Virus record (IMG/VR): IMGVR_UViG_3300014488_000003
Span: 1 to 58,128 of that record
Direction: 5' to 3' (one strand)
Source: a virus
Length of the DNA: 58,128 bases
Below the pieces are notes generated by a model, which searched no databases, was not told where the DNA came from, and saw nothing but the letters and a program-made list of their open reading frames with translations. Shown here piece after piece: positions 32,578 to 42,625 of the stretch. Both the position numbers and the translations under genes were made by a program. The first letter of the stretch is position 1. Each line of letters opens with the position of its first letter.

Positions 32578-33162
32578 ATGGCGCAAAACCAGAAGACCAA
32601 GAAAGGCAATATCCCGGCTGATGACGAATTCATCGCCTGGATGCAGAGACGGGAAGGCTTAGAAGTCCTCGACCCGATGAAGGACGAGGATCATGCCCTG
32701 CCCTTCGCGGCCAAGCTCCGCTGGAAGGGCGATAGGGATGACGACGACAGCCCCTGGAAGATTCCTCCGCCCGGGAAGCGCTGCAACGGAAAGGCGTACG
32801 TCCGCGACGTAGATGGCGACTACATCGTGGACTTGAACAACGAGCGCATCATGCGGCCCTGCTACAACTGGCCGATGAAGGGGATGACGGTCTGCCTGTT
32901 TCATGGCGGTGGGGTTAAGCGCGTCAAGAAGGCGGCTGTTGAGCGGCTAGTCTCCGCGCTCGACGCGGTCTCAGGAGAGCTGATCAAGATAGCGCTCAAC
33001 GAGGCCAATGACCCCAAGGTGCGCGTTCAGGCGATCAACTCCATCATGGATCGCGTCGGCGTCCGGGGCGGGACGGAGATCGACCTCAAGGACCCCGGCT
33101 ACCTCGATGTGATGCGCGAATTGTTCGCCCAGGGCGGGGAGCCGACCGATGACGATGAGTGA
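32578..33162 (+). CDS. putative terminase small subunit (function tentative)
   Basis: ATG after GGAGGTGTGAG. Lies two genes upstream of TerL (33463), with 33149..33418 in between. Cys/His motif CNG...PCYNWP...CLFHGGG. Confidence 0.5.
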   Translation: MAQNQKTKKGNIPADDEFIAWMQRREGLEVLDPMKDEDHALPFAAKLRWKGDRDDDDSPWKIPPPGKRCNGKAYVRDVDGDYIVDLNNERIMRPCYNWPMKGMTVCLFHGGGVKRVKKAAVERLVSALDAVSGELIKIALNEANDPKVRVQAINSIMDRVGVRGGTEIDLKDPGYLDVMRELFAQGGEPTDDDE

Positions 33163-33418
33163 GGAAGCTCGGAAGGCGTACGAGAACCTGGACAAAGCGA
33201 TCGAGGCAGTATTGCGCGCTACTGATCCTGAGCTGAAGACCGTACTGGGCGACTGGGCTATTGTCGCGGCCGGGCACAACTTCGAGGAAGGCCAGGCTAA
33301 CCGGACCACATACAGCCGTCTCTTCCGGGGCGGGTATGTGGCTTATCACGTTGCCATCGGGCTCTTCGGGACTGGCATGGAGCTGACTCAGGAGGACGGT
33401 GCCGAGGACGATGACTAG
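33149..33418 (+). CDS. hypothetical protein (89 aa)
   Basis: Overlaps the upstream stop. ORF from the track. Confidence 0.6.
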   Translation: MTMSEEARKAYENLDKAIEAVLRATDPELKTVLGDWAIVAAGHNFEEGQANRTTYSRLFRGGYVAYHVAIGLFGTGMELTQEDGAEDDD

Positions 33419-33462
33419 CGCTGCCCCTTTCGCATGCTTCGGCAACGGCTAGGAGTGGAGCC

Positions 33463-35031
33463 GTGGCCGTTCTTGATACCCTCCCGATCCCGCCCAAGCT
33501 CTACGCCTCCCTCTGGCGCAAGTCGGGATGGGAGCCGCACAGCGTGCAGCGCGAGGTCCTGCTGGATCCTACGCGCAACAAGGTGCTCGCACTCGGTCGT
33601 CGTGCAGGGAAGAGTCAGACGGGAGGACGGAGGCTAGTCCCCGAGGCTTTCCGGGCCTGGTATGAGGCGGATGTGTTGGAGGAGCTTGGGCAGCGGCGCG
33701 AGTTTTGGATCGTGGGCCCTGAGTACAGCGATAGCGAGAAGGAGTTCAGAACAGCCTGGAACGAATTGAAGCGCCTAGGCTTCGAGTTTGATAAGCCGGG
33801 AAGCTATAACAACCCGGACTCCGGGGATATGGTTCTGTCGATGTTCAATCGGCGATTTATCATCCATGCCAAATCAGCTAAGCATCCGGAGACCTTGGTG
33901 GGTGAAGGTCTCTCGGGTGTGATCATGGCTGAGGCAGCGAAGATGAAGCCGAGCGTCTGGTACAAATACATCCGGCCGACGCTAGCCGACTTCAACGGCT
34001 GGTCTATGTTCAACTCCACCCCGGAGGGCAAGAACTGGTTCTATGACCTGTACATGACCGGTCTGGACTCCCGGAGGCCGGATTGGAAGAGCTGGCGCGC
34101 CCCGTCCTGGGTCAACCATCACGTGTACCCGGGCGGAGTAAATGAGGCTTTCCTAGACCTTGCAATCGAGATGCGTCGGAAGCACGAGCTGGATCTGCTA
34201 TTCAATATATACAAGGCGATTTCACGCTCCGGTACAATGGAGTTCGTCCGTAACACCCAGGAGTCTCGCGCTCCGGGTGGGGGCCTGGTTCATTCGCTAT
34301 ACAAAGAGGGGGTGATTGTCAATGCTGAGATCTGGTCGATGTTCCTGGACATGTCACAGGAGATGTTCAACCAGGAGATTGCGGCCCTGTTTACCGAATA
34401 CGTCGGGCGCGTCTTCAAAGACTTCGACGAAGAGCTGCATGTTGTCCCAACCGAATTCAACCCGGCTTGGACGACATATGCCTGTGTTGACTATGGCTTC
34501 CAGAACCCCTTTGTCTGGCTCCTGATCCAAATCGACCCCCACAAAGAGCGTGTACATGTACTCAACGAGTATTACGAGGTCTACAAGACTACAGAGGAAG
34601 CAGCAGCTGACATTCTCACTCGCGGTCTCGCGCCGAGAACGATTCGCCAATTCTTCCCCGATCCCGCTGAGCCCGACCGAACTAAGGAGCTGGCTAAGAG
34701 GCTCGCTCTCAGGCCATACGATCGGGGATCGATACCGCTTGAAGACCGGATCGAGTGGATCAGACGAGGGCTGAAGCTAAGGGCGGAGCTAGGCGGACCA
34801 TCGCTGACGATCCACCCACGCTGCACCAACACCATACGCGAGATGAATGCATACAAGTACCCCGAAACGGCAGCCCAAGCAGGAGAGCGCGGGAGGTCGG
34901 CTAGGGAGGCTCCGATGGACAAAGACAACCACGCGCCGGAAGCGCTAGGCCGATTCTACAGCGGTTTCTTTGGGAAGCCTTGGGCCGACAGGGGCTCCAC
35001 TCGACAAACCAAAGCGAAGACGAGGAGATGA
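33463..35031 (+). CDS. terminase large subunit
   Basis: Walker A-like LGRRAGKS, C-terminal RNase H-like nuclease region (ACVDYGF ... DKDNHAPEAL). Followed by the portal gene. Confidence 0.9.
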   Translation: MAVLDTLPIPPKLYASLWRKSGWEPHSVQREVLLDPTRNKVLALGRRAGKSQTGGRRLVPEAFRAWYEADVLEELGQRREFWIVGPEYSDSEKEFRTAWNELKRLGFEFDKPGSYNNPDSGDMVLSMFNRRFIIHAKSAKHPETLVGEGLSGVIMAEAAKMKPSVWYKYIRPTLADFNGWSMFNSTPEGKNWFYDLYMTGLDSRRPDWKSWRAPSWVNHHVYPGGVNEAFLDLAIEMRRKHELDLLFNIYKAISRSGTMEFVRNTQESRAPGGGLVHSLYKEGVIVNAEIWSMFLDMSQEMFNQEIAALFTEYVGRVFKDFDEELHVVPTEFNPAWTTYACVDYGFQNPFVWLLIQIDPHKERVHVLNEYYEVYKTTEEAAADILTRGLAPRTIRQFFPDPAEPDRTKELAKRLALRPYDRGSIPLEDRIEWIRRGLKLRAELGGPSLTIHPRCTNTIREMNAYKYPETAAQAGERGRSAREAPMDKDNHAPEALGRFYSGFFGKPWADRGSTRQTKAKTRR

Positions 35032-35032
35032 G

Positions 35033-36589
35033 ATGGCTGGAGTCAGCCCTTACGAGACCGCGCTGGACCTGAAGCGGACCAAGCCCGATTGGGTGCCCAA
35101 TCCTGGGGACAACGCGCGTGTTCAGGCGTACAACACCTACTGGGACATCTTCACCAACGTGAAGGAAGCCTTTAAGGTGGTGCTGCGGGACGACGCGGGG
35201 GACGAGCTTTCGCGCCGGTTTGTGCCTTCGGCCCGGACGATCGTCGAGGCTACCAATCGCTATCTCGCGAAGAATCCGGTCGTGACCCCACTACCGCTGG
35301 CGAAGAACCCGGACGGTTCTGAAGTCCAGGGGGCAGCAGAAACCACAATCGAGATGATGTCTCTCGTCAATGCCTTCTTCAAGCGCGAAGAGTTCTTCAC
35401 CAAGTTCGCCTCGATGAAACGCTGGATGCTGATCCGGGGAGATGGGCTGCTGCACCTGACGGCCAATGATCAGAAGCCCGAAGGTCAGCGACTCCGCCTC
35501 GTGGAGGTCGATCCCGCGAGCTACTTCACCATCAATGACCCGCTGGACGTTGACCGGGTAATTGGCGCATATCTGGTGACGCTCGTGGAGGACGACTCAG
35601 GAGAGCTGATCGCTCAGCGCCAGTCGTACCTGAAGACGGAGACCGGGACTATCTTCACGCAGCTGGCCTTCTTCGAGCGCGACAAGTGGGACGATCGCTG
35701 GCCGATGACCGAGGCCGACCTGAAGGCTGTGGCCCCGCCCTCGCGCTTCGAGGGGATGGAGGGATTGCTGACTGGGTTCGAGCTTCCGCCCCAGATCACA
35801 ACCATTCCGGTGTACCACTACCGCAACCGGCGCTCGGGCGGGCTGGCGTTCGGGATCTCCGAGCTTCAGGGCATCGAAACTCTCCTCGCCGGTATCATCC
35901 AGACCGCTACAGACCAAGACATCACCATCGCACAGACAGGCGTCGGGATCTTTGTTACCAGCTCTGGCGCGCCCAAGAATGAGCAGGGGGAGGAAGAGGA
36001 ATGGGTGATAGCCCCGGCTTCGGTCCTGGAGCTGGAAAGCAAGGATGACTTCTTTAAGCGTGTGGAGGGGGTTGACTCCGTCCAGCCGCTCATGGACCAC
36101 CTGGGAATGCTGGAGGAGCAGGCGAAACAGACGACTGGCACGCCGGATATCGCCGTGGGATCGGTTGACGTTCAGGTGGCTGAGTCGGGCATTGCGCTTG
36201 CTATTCAGATGGCCCCGATCCTCGCGAAGAATGAGGAAACTGAGCTGGAACTGAAAGGCCGGACGGAACAGCTGCTGTACGATCTCGTCAACATGTGGCT
36301 TCCAGCCTACGAGGGCTTTGCCCCGAACGGCGTCGAGCTGGCCATGACGTTCGATGACCCGCTACCGACCGACCGGGCAGCCGTGCTCAAGGAGATCCTG
36401 GACATGGTGGCCGCAAAGGTCATTCCGATCGCCTTCGCACAGCAGCTGATCACGGAGCGCCTGGGATACAGCATCCCCGAGGATGCGCTGGCTCAGATGG
36501 CCAGCGAGAACCAGCAGATGCTAGACTCCGTGGGCGGAAGGCTCGCTCAGGAGGAAGCCGGGGGAGACCCTGACGCCGGAGCTATCTGA
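35033..36589 (+). CDS. portal protein
   Basis: 518 aa, directly after TerL. ATG after GAGGAG. Confidence 0.85.
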   Translation: MAGVSPYETALDLKRTKPDWVPNPGDNARVQAYNTYWDIFTNVKEAFKVVLRDDAGDELSRRFVPSARTIVEATNRYLAKNPVVTPLPLAKNPDGSEVQGAAETTIEMMSLVNAFFKREEFFTKFASMKRWMLIRGDGLLHLTANDQKPEGQRLRLVEVDPASYFTINDPLDVDRVIGAYLVTLVEDDSGELIAQRQSYLKTETGTIFTQLAFFERDKWDDRWPMTEADLKAVAPPSRFEGMEGLLTGFELPPQITTIPVYHYRNRRSGGLAFGISELQGIETLLAGIIQTATDQDITIAQTGVGIFVTSSGAPKNEQGEEEEWVIAPASVLELESKDDFFKRVEGVDSVQPLMDHLGMLEEQAKQTTGTPDIAVGSVDVQVAESGIALAIQMAPILAKNEETELELKGRTEQLLYDLVNMWLPAYEGFAPNGVELAMTFDDPLPTDRAAVLKEILDMVAAKVIPIAFAQQLITERLGYSIPEDALAQMASENQQMLDSVGGRLAQEEAGGDPDAGAI

Positions 36590-38211
36590 TGGCCGCTCCT
36601 GAACCAGCAGATTGGTCTGCCGCTCACGCTAAGATCCAGCGATTAGCCGCACGGGAGGTTCTTAAATCGCTCGAACAGGCGTACAGCGACATAGTACGTA
36701 TGCTGAACGCTATGCAGGGAACGGGACGGGTCGGTGAGCTAGTTCGAGCGGAACAGCTCCGGACGATCCAGCGGAACATGCTCCGACAGCAGGCGATGAT
36801 CTGGAGGAGGCTCGGGGACGTTGTGCGCGCCGGACAGCTTGAGGCCGCCGCTAGGGCCATAACTCTGGGGTCTGCAATAGACGACGTCCTCTTGGCCGCC
36901 GCTGGCCGGGAAGAAGACGCTAGGGCCCTTAAACGTAGTCTTTTGGCCGGAGCTGAGCAAAGCCTGGACGTCGCTATGACGAGGATGTCGGTTAGCGCGG
37001 TCCCACTCGCTGACCGTATCTACAAATCCCGGCTTTTCGTGGATGGCAGCGTCCAACGCATGATCAACTCCGCCCTCGCACGCGGGCTCTCCGCTCGGGA
37101 GTTCGCCAGAGAGGCACGCGACTGGTTCAACCCAAACGTGCCCGGCGGGACGCGGTATGCGGCGATGCGTCTCGCGAGAACGGAGATTAACAACGCCTTC
37201 CACGCAATGTCAGTCATGCAGGCGTCTGAGAAGCCTTGGATTCGGGCTATGAAGTGGCACCTATCCCGGAGCCACCCGAAAGCTGATACCTGTGATCTGT
37301 ATGCGAAGGGCGGGAAGGAAGGGGACGGGGTATATCCGACGCGCGATGTCCCCCGGAAGCCGCACCCACAATGCTTCTGCTTTGTGACCCCGGTGTCGCC
37401 GAGTGAAGATGAATTCCTGGATGGCCTACTGGGCGGGAAGTACGACAGCTATCTGAAATCCAAGATGTCAACTCCCCCGGCTCCGCGTCCATCTCCAGCC
37501 GTTCAGAAGCCGACCCCCGTGGCAGCCAGGCCCAAAGCGGCAACTGCTCCGCCGAGCGCTACTTCTGGAATCTCGAAGGAGCTGCAAGATCATATCAATA
37601 AGATCAACAGGATCCAGGGGGCTGAGGGTGCACAGACAGCGAGGGCACTCCTCAATCAGGCGAGATTCGCTCCCAATGCGATGCGGAGACTAGACAATGT
37701 AAGCTCTCTTTCTCCGACCGAGGAGAGAGCCTTCTATGCCCGCTTTGGGAAGGATGCGCTAGGCGGGTATGTGCCCGGAGAGAACAGATTGCTCGCTACT
37801 AGGCAGGTATTCGGATCCAGATATGAGCAAACCTTCCAGAAAGAGCTCAAGTCAGGTTGGAGCTCGAAGTGCGGCCACTCCGGGGCGGAGTCATTCATAG
37901 CCCACGAGTGCGGCCACCACATGGACGCTGTGATCCGCAGAGGAGGCCCGGCTAAGGCGAAAGAGATCTGGAGCACCCTTGCGAAAGAGCTGAACCTGAA
38001 ACCTAGCCTCCTCTTCGACAAGGGGAGCCTGGATCGCTGGGTGGCGAAGAACTCGGACGTTCTCCGTAAAGGAGTGTCCAAGTATGGCGCTACCGACTCG
38101 GAAGAGATCATCGCGGAGATATGGGCCGAGTATACAACAAATCCCAATGCACGGGCGCATATCAAAGCTGTAGGTCAAGTAATCCAGCGGATAGTGGAGG
38201 CTGCGTCATGA
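36589..38211 (+). CDS. MuF-like head morphogenesis protein fused to a C-terminal HEXXH metallopeptidase-like domain
   Basis: SPP1 gp7/MuF-like central region (ARTEINNAFH, HPQCFCF). HECGH at 37903-37917 plus a downstream EEIIAE. TGATG overlap with the portal gene (stop and start share one A). Confidence 0.8.
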   Translation: MAAPEPADWSAAHAKIQRLAAREVLKSLEQAYSDIVRMLNAMQGTGRVGELVRAEQLRTIQRNMLRQQAMIWRRLGDVVRAGQLEAAARAITLGSAIDDVLLAAAGREEDARALKRSLLAGAEQSLDVAMTRMSVSAVPLADRIYKSRLFVDGSVQRMINSALARGLSAREFAREARDWFNPNVPGGTRYAAMRLARTEINNAFHAMSVMQASEKPWIRAMKWHLSRSHPKADTCDLYAKGGKEGDGVYPTRDVPRKPHPQCFCFVTPVSPSEDEFLDGLLGGKYDSYLKSKMSTPPAPRPSPAVQKPTPVAARPKAATAPPSATSGISKELQDHINKINRIQGAEGAQTARALLNQARFAPNAMRRLDNVSSLSPTEERAFYARFGKDALGGYVPGENRLLATRQVFGSRYEQTFQKELKSGWSSKCGHSGAESFIAHECGHHMDAVIRRGGPAKAKEIWSTLAKELNLKPSLLFDKGSLDRWVAKNSDVLRKGVSKYGATDSEEIIAEIWAEYTTNPNARAHIKAVGQVIQRIVEAAS

Positions 38212-38438
38212 CCACACGAGCCCCTAATCTTTGCCGGGCCTGTAGCCACTATCGAGGTGATGGGAAGTGCGCCGCCTTCCCTGGAGGGATTCCCGATGAT
38301 ATATTGCTCTTCGGGGCAGACCATCGGACTCCAGTCCTGGGAGATGGGGGTATAGTTTTCGATCCAAAATCCGACTCGGAATCACAACAATTGGCCTCCG
38401 ATTGGGACTTATTCAATCAGTCGGTGTCCATCAAGTAG
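38208..38438 (+). CDS. hypothetical protein (76 aa)
   Basis: ATGA overlap. CRACSHYRGDGKC. Confidence 0.6.
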   Translation: MTTRAPNLCRACSHYRGDGKCAAFPGGIPDDILLFGADHRTPVLGDGGIVFDPKSDSESQQLASDWDLFNQSVSIK

Positions 38439-38478
38439 ACTCGTCTTCACGATGGGTTAAGATACGGAGGAAAGTTCC

Positions 38479-39150
38479 ATGACACAACCTGATCCGGGCG
38501 CACAGAGCGGCGCTGAGGGTGCACAGGGCGGCACCCAAGATGGAGGAGCAGGGAGCGGCAACGACCAGGGCACCGGCGCACAGAGCGGCGCGGGGAACCA
38601 GGATGGCGGCACCGGCCAGCAGCCTCAGACCGGGACAGTGAGCCAGGCTGAGTATGACCGGCTTCGGGCGCAGCTACAAGCCGCAGATCAGAACAAGCAG
38701 AAGGCTCTTGATGAGCTCAAGCAGATCCGCGACAAGGACCTGCCAGCTATCGAGAAACTGACGCGAGACGTCACCGAGGCGACGCAGCGGGCTGAGAAGG
38801 CCGAGGCAGACCTCATGAAGGCTCGGTTGGAGAATGCCTTCTTCACCGATAACAGCTACAAATGGAAGAACCCCAAGACCGCCCTGAAGCTGGCTGACCT
38901 GTCCAAGGTCGAGATCGACGATGACGGAACGGTGCACAACCTGAAGGGGGCGCTCGATGCGCTCGCGAAGGCCGAGCCGTACCTGATTGACTCCGATGAG
39001 GGGTCCGGCGACGACGACAAGGACAAGGGAGGCAAAGGCAGCACCGGAGCACTCGGGACCGGTGGCGCTGGCAACATGAAGCCGGACGCCAAAAAGGTTC
39101 TAGGCGCACGGATTCCTGCCCTTCGGACGCGCGGCATCACTGGGGGATAA
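38479..39150 (+). CDS. scaffolding protein
   Basis: Gly/Gln-rich N-terminus then coiled coil. Lies upstream of the capsid gene. Confidence 0.75.
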   Translation: MTQPDPGAQSGAEGAQGGTQDGGAGSGNDQGTGAQSGAGNQDGGTGQQPQTGTVSQAEYDRLRAQLQAADQNKQKALDELKQIRDKDLPAIEKLTRDVTEATQRAEKAEADLMKARLENAFFTDNSYKWKNPKTALKLADLSKVEIDDDGTVHNLKGALDALAKAEPYLIDSDEGSGDDDKDKGGKGSTGALGTGGAGNMKPDAKKVLGARIPALRTRGITGG

Positions 39151-39184
39151 CCCAACGATAGCCCGCAAAGGAGGGTAGAGGCAG

Positions 39185-39544
39185 ATGGCAGTCGGAACGA
39201 TTAACCCTGTGGACCCGCGAGGAGCGACGGGGGCAGCGAAGACGACAGCAGCCGCGACAGCCACGGATGGCGACAACATCCCGATGCAGCCGGGGCGCAC
39301 CTATCTGGTCGTGGTCAACAACGGCAGTGGGGCTCCGATCACGGTCGATATCGACGACCCAGCTTCAGGCTCGGGTGGCACGCCCGAGTACAACGATGTG
39401 TCGGTGACCAACGGTACGTCGCGCGTGTTCTCATTCCAGCGTCCGCTGTTCGGGAAGACCCCAACGGCCAATGTCCTGGTGCTGTGCTCGGCGGTGACCT
39501 CGGTCACCATCGAAGCGTATGGCCCGCTGGACGGACCGAAGTAA
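39185..39544 (+). CDS. head-module small beta-rich protein (119 aa), paralog of 45258..45617
   Basis: Shares GD..x..G..Y...N.S..P..V.[IL]DDP.S with the 45258 product, and is the same length. Confidence 0.7.
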   Translation: MAVGTINPVDPRGATGAAKTTAAATATDGDNIPMQPGRTYLVVVNNGSGAPITVDIDDPASGSGGTPEYNDVSVTNGTSRVFSFQRPLFGKTPTANVLVLCSAVTSVTIEAYGPLDGPK

Positions 39545-39562
39545 AGGGAGGAGGAGAGCTAA

Positions 39563-39952
39563 GTGGCAAGGTTCGACAAGTACAACGGTCACGTTGGTGG
39601 CTTCCGCGCGCCGCTTGAGGCGGCACTCGCTGTTGCTGACGTGGGCAAGATCTATGCCGTTTCCATCAACAGCTCCGGCCGGGCTGTGATCGGTGGTGCG
39701 GCACAGACGGCCATCAGCGGCCTGATCTGTGCTGTGCGTCCGATGGCGGCTGGTGAGCCGATTGATGTGATGACGGCTGGGGAGATCGAGGAGGCGACCG
39801 AGACCGCAGGCACCGCCTTCACCCTCGGGGCTCCGGTCTTCGCGCACGCGGATGGCACTGTGGATGACACTTCGACGAATGGCGTGGCAGTCGGCATCAC
39901 GGTGACGCGGGCAACCCGCCTCATCGTCCGCTGCGCGTCTGCGACCACCTGA
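39563..39952 (+). CDS. putative head decoration protein (DUF2190-like)
   Basis: GTG after GGGAGGAGGAG. 129 aa, Gly/Ala-rich, immediately upstream of the major capsid gene. Confidence 0.6.
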   Translation: MARFDKYNGHVGGFRAPLEAALAVADVGKIYAVSINSSGRAVIGGAAQTAISGLICAVRPMAAGEPIDVMTAGEIEEATETAGTAFTLGAPVFAHADGTVDDTSTNGVAVGITVTRATRLIVRCASATT

Positions 39953-39967
39953 GAGGGGTGAGAAAAG

Positions 39968-41119
39968 ATGGCCAAGGGTTACAACACCTCGGGTGATATT
40001 CTCACCCGTACCCGGGACGGCCAGGATCTCAATGAGATCTGGCGTCTCTACCAGGAGGGGCTGGCTGCGTTCAACGAGCAGCGTCAGCCGCTGATCGACC
40101 TGCTCAGCTTCACTGTGGAGCAGGTTATCGAGGATGTCGTCCAGCCGGGACAGGAGCGCTTCGAGGAAGCGACCGAGTTCGGTATCCCCACCGGCATTCG
40201 TCCGGCTCCGGCTCCGACCGCGCGAGCCTATCCGTTCAAGTGGTATGACCTCCGCGCGGCCTATACCTTCCAGTTCCTAGTGGGCGGGCCGAACAACAGC
40301 CAGGGTGCCTCTACGGCGCAGTTGGACCAGCTCCTCAACACGGCCATGGAGGCCGACAACCAGCTGCAGTTTGAGCTGGTGATGAAGGCGCTCTTCAACA
40401 ACGCCAACCGTGACACGCTGATCGACAACGCCATGTACAAGGTGACCGCGCTGTACAACGCGGACGGCAGCTACATCCCGCCGTTCCAGGGTACATCCTT
40501 CGACGGCACGACCCACACGCACTACCTCGCGACCGGTTCCGCCCAGGCCCACATCTTCGACCCGGGCGACTTCCAGACGGCCGCAACGCACGTCGAGCAC
40601 CACGGCTACACCCGGGCACAGGGGTACAACGTCATCTTCCTGATGAACGACTCCGACGCTACGGCGACCATCGCGCAGTTCGCTCGTGGCGTCACGTTCG
40701 GTGGTGTCAACTCGGTGTACGACTTCATCCCGTCCACCGGCCAGAACCTCGTGATGCAGCTGCCGCCCGGCTTCACCCTCGTGGGCGGGCTGCCGCCGAA
40801 CCGGTTCGCCGGTCTTGATGTCAAGGGCTCGTGGGGTCCGTACCTCGTGGTGACGCACGGCAATATCCCCTCAGGGTACTTCGTCGCTGTGGCCACTCAG
40901 GGCACCAACACGAATACCAACGTGGTGGGCATCCGCGAGCACGCCAACACCGCGCTGCGTGGCCTGATTCTCAAGCCGGGCAACAACGCCAACTACCCGC
41001 TCATTGACTCGTACTACGTGCGTGGTCTTGGGACCGGAGTTGGCCCGCGAGGAGCGGCGGCAGTCATGTTCAACGGCACGGCATACGCGGTTCCGGCCGC
41101 ATACGCCTGGTCTGCGTGA
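39968..41119 (+). CDS. major capsid protein
   Basis: 383 aa, after the scaffold and decoration genes. Strong RBS. Followed by a terminator at 41481. Confidence 0.85.
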   Translation: MAKGYNTSGDILTRTRDGQDLNEIWRLYQEGLAAFNEQRQPLIDLLSFTVEQVIEDVVQPGQERFEEATEFGIPTGIRPAPAPTARAYPFKWYDLRAAYTFQFLVGGPNNSQGASTAQLDQLLNTAMEADNQLQFELVMKALFNNANRDTLIDNAMYKVTALYNADGSYIPPFQGTSFDGTTHTHYLATGSAQAHIFDPGDFQTAATHVEHHGYTRAQGYNVIFLMNDSDATATIAQFARGVTFGGVNSVYDFIPSTGQNLVMQLPPGFTLVGGLPPNRFAGLDVKGSWGPYLVVTHGNIPSGYFVAVATQGTNTNTNVVGIREHANTALRGLILKPGNNANYPLIDSYYVRGLGTGVGPRGAAAVMFNGTAYAVPAAYAWSA

Positions 41120-41131
41120 GGAGGCTGACCG

Positions 41132-41458
41132 ATGTCGCGCACTGACATTCCGATGGACAGGCCCCTGTCAGACGATGACCGGGCCTACCTGCTGATGCGG
41201 GGTGAGAACGCCAAGGTGGCCTGGTTCGATCAGAACCGACCGGCTGAGGCCGAGGAGCCCGAGGTGGACGCTGACACTGAGGTGGAGGCCGAGGAGGAAG
41301 GCGACAACTATGATTCGTGGACTGTCACCGAACTCCAGGACCGCGTGAAGTTCCTCAACACCGAGCACGGTGCGGAGATCGTTCCGGCTTCCACCAAGAA
41401 GGCCGATCTCATCGCCGCGCTCCGCGAGTACGACGCGCTGCCGGACGAGGACGAGTAA
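41132..41458 (+). CDS. acidic protein with Rho_N/SAP-like motif
   Basis: WTVTELQDRVKFLN...KKADLIAALREYD. Confidence 0.65.
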   Translation: MSRTDIPMDRPLSDDDRAYLLMRGENAKVAWFDQNRPAEAEEPEVDADTEVEAEEEGDNYDSWTVTELQDRVKFLNTEHGAEIVPASTKKADLIAALREYDALPDEDE

Positions 41459-41480
41459 GACATTTGCGAGTGATGGGGAT

Positions 41481-41518
41481 GCCGGTAGGGAGTTGTGGGG
41501 CAGCTTCTCCCTACCGGC
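41481..41518 (+). terminator. stem-loop terminator (12-bp stem)
   Basis: gccggtagggag ... ctccctaccggc. Confidence 0.65.
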
Positions 41519-41537
41519 TAAAACGGAGGAGGCATCA

Positions 41538-41861
41538 GTGGCGACAGCGGAACAAATTGCGGCGCTCAGGTTTCTTATAGCCGAGCCAGCCGACTCCGAG
41601 GTGTACACGGATGCCGTCCTGGGATCCATCATCGACGCGGCAGCCAATGATCTGAACAAGTCAGCGTATAACGTCTGGGTGCAGAAGGCTGCGGCTTCTG
41701 CCGAACTCGTGGACATCTCTGAGGGCGGGAGCACCCGTAAGATGGGTGACGTCTATGAGCAGGCGCTCGCTATGGCGAATCACTTTGGCTCACAGGTCCC
41801 TGGAGGGGTTGAGCCGGACGCTCCAAAGTACACTCGCCTGAAGAAGCTCGCGAGGCAGTAA
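41538..41861 (+). CDS. head-tail connector/adaptor protein
   Basis: GTG after GGAGGAGG. Size and position are typical of gp6-like adaptors. Confidence 0.6.
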   Translation: MATAEQIAALRFLIAEPADSEVYTDAVLGSIIDAAANDLNKSAYNVWVQKAAASAELVDISEGGSTRKMGDVYEQALAMANHFGSQVPGGVEPDAPKYTRLKKLARQ

Positions 41862-42241
41862 TGAACGCCAACGAGCTACGGGTGCACCGGAAGAACACCA
41901 AAGCTTTCATTGATGCCAACCCAATCGTCCTCGCGCTGATCCCCCGTGAGGCGACGAACTCTGGCACGGGGCAGAAGCTTGTGGATCAGACTCAGCGACC
42001 AGCCCAGACCTTCCGGCTCATCGACCAAACCCGAGCCTTCGGCCCCGAGCCCGGTACAGTCCTCGCGAGCGATGGTAAGCAGCGCAAGGCTGAATTTCAG
42101 TTGCTAGGCGAGCACGATGCGGTGATAGGGATTTACGACTACTGGACGGATTCGGCAGGCATTCGCTTCGAGGTAGCGAACCTCATCCATGATAACGACT
42201 ACGAGGTGAGGGCACAGGTGATCCGCTATGGCGAAGGATAA
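41861..42241 (+). CDS. head closure protein
   Basis: TAATG overlap. 126 aa, in the connector block. Confidence 0.6.
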   Translation: MNANELRVHRKNTKAFIDANPIVLALIPREATNSGTGQKLVDQTQRPAQTFRLIDQTRAFGPEPGTVLASDGKQRKAEFQLLGEHDAVIGIYDYWTDSAGIRFEVANLIHDNDYEVRAQVIRYGEG

Positions 42242-42608
42242 CACCGGCTTTCACTTCGAGTTGGACATGGCTCCGCTCCTCAAAGGTATTGAGGTGCTTG
42301 ACGAGCGAACGGATCTGGGCGTGGCCGGGGTCGTGGAGTATTGGGATTCGCGGATAGAAGCCCATATGAAGGTCAACGCGCCGTGGACCGATCGAACGGG
42401 TAACGCGCGTGCCGGACTCTTCGCGAAGGCCGGACACCAGCGCGGTCAGCGCCACTGGATCGACCTCGGGCACCGAGTCCCCTATGGGATCTGGCTTGAG
42501 GTCCGTTTCGCGGGTAAGTACGCGATCGTGCTACCCTCGTTGATCCTATTCGGACCGAAGATTATGAAAACTCTGGATAAGCTCTTCGCCCGACTGGGCA
42601 CCAGCTGA
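42228..42608 (+). CDS. HK97 gp10-like neck/tail-completion protein
   Basis: APWTDRTGNAR motif, characteristic of the HK97 gp10 family. Confidence 0.7.
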   Translation: MAKDNTGFHFELDMAPLLKGIEVLDERTDLGVAGVVEYWDSRIEAHMKVNAPWTDRTGNARAGLFAKAGHQRGQRHWIDLGHRVPYGIWLEVRFAGKYAIVLPSLILFGPKIMKTLDKLFARLGTS

Positions 42609-42625
42609 GATGAGGTGAGACGGAA

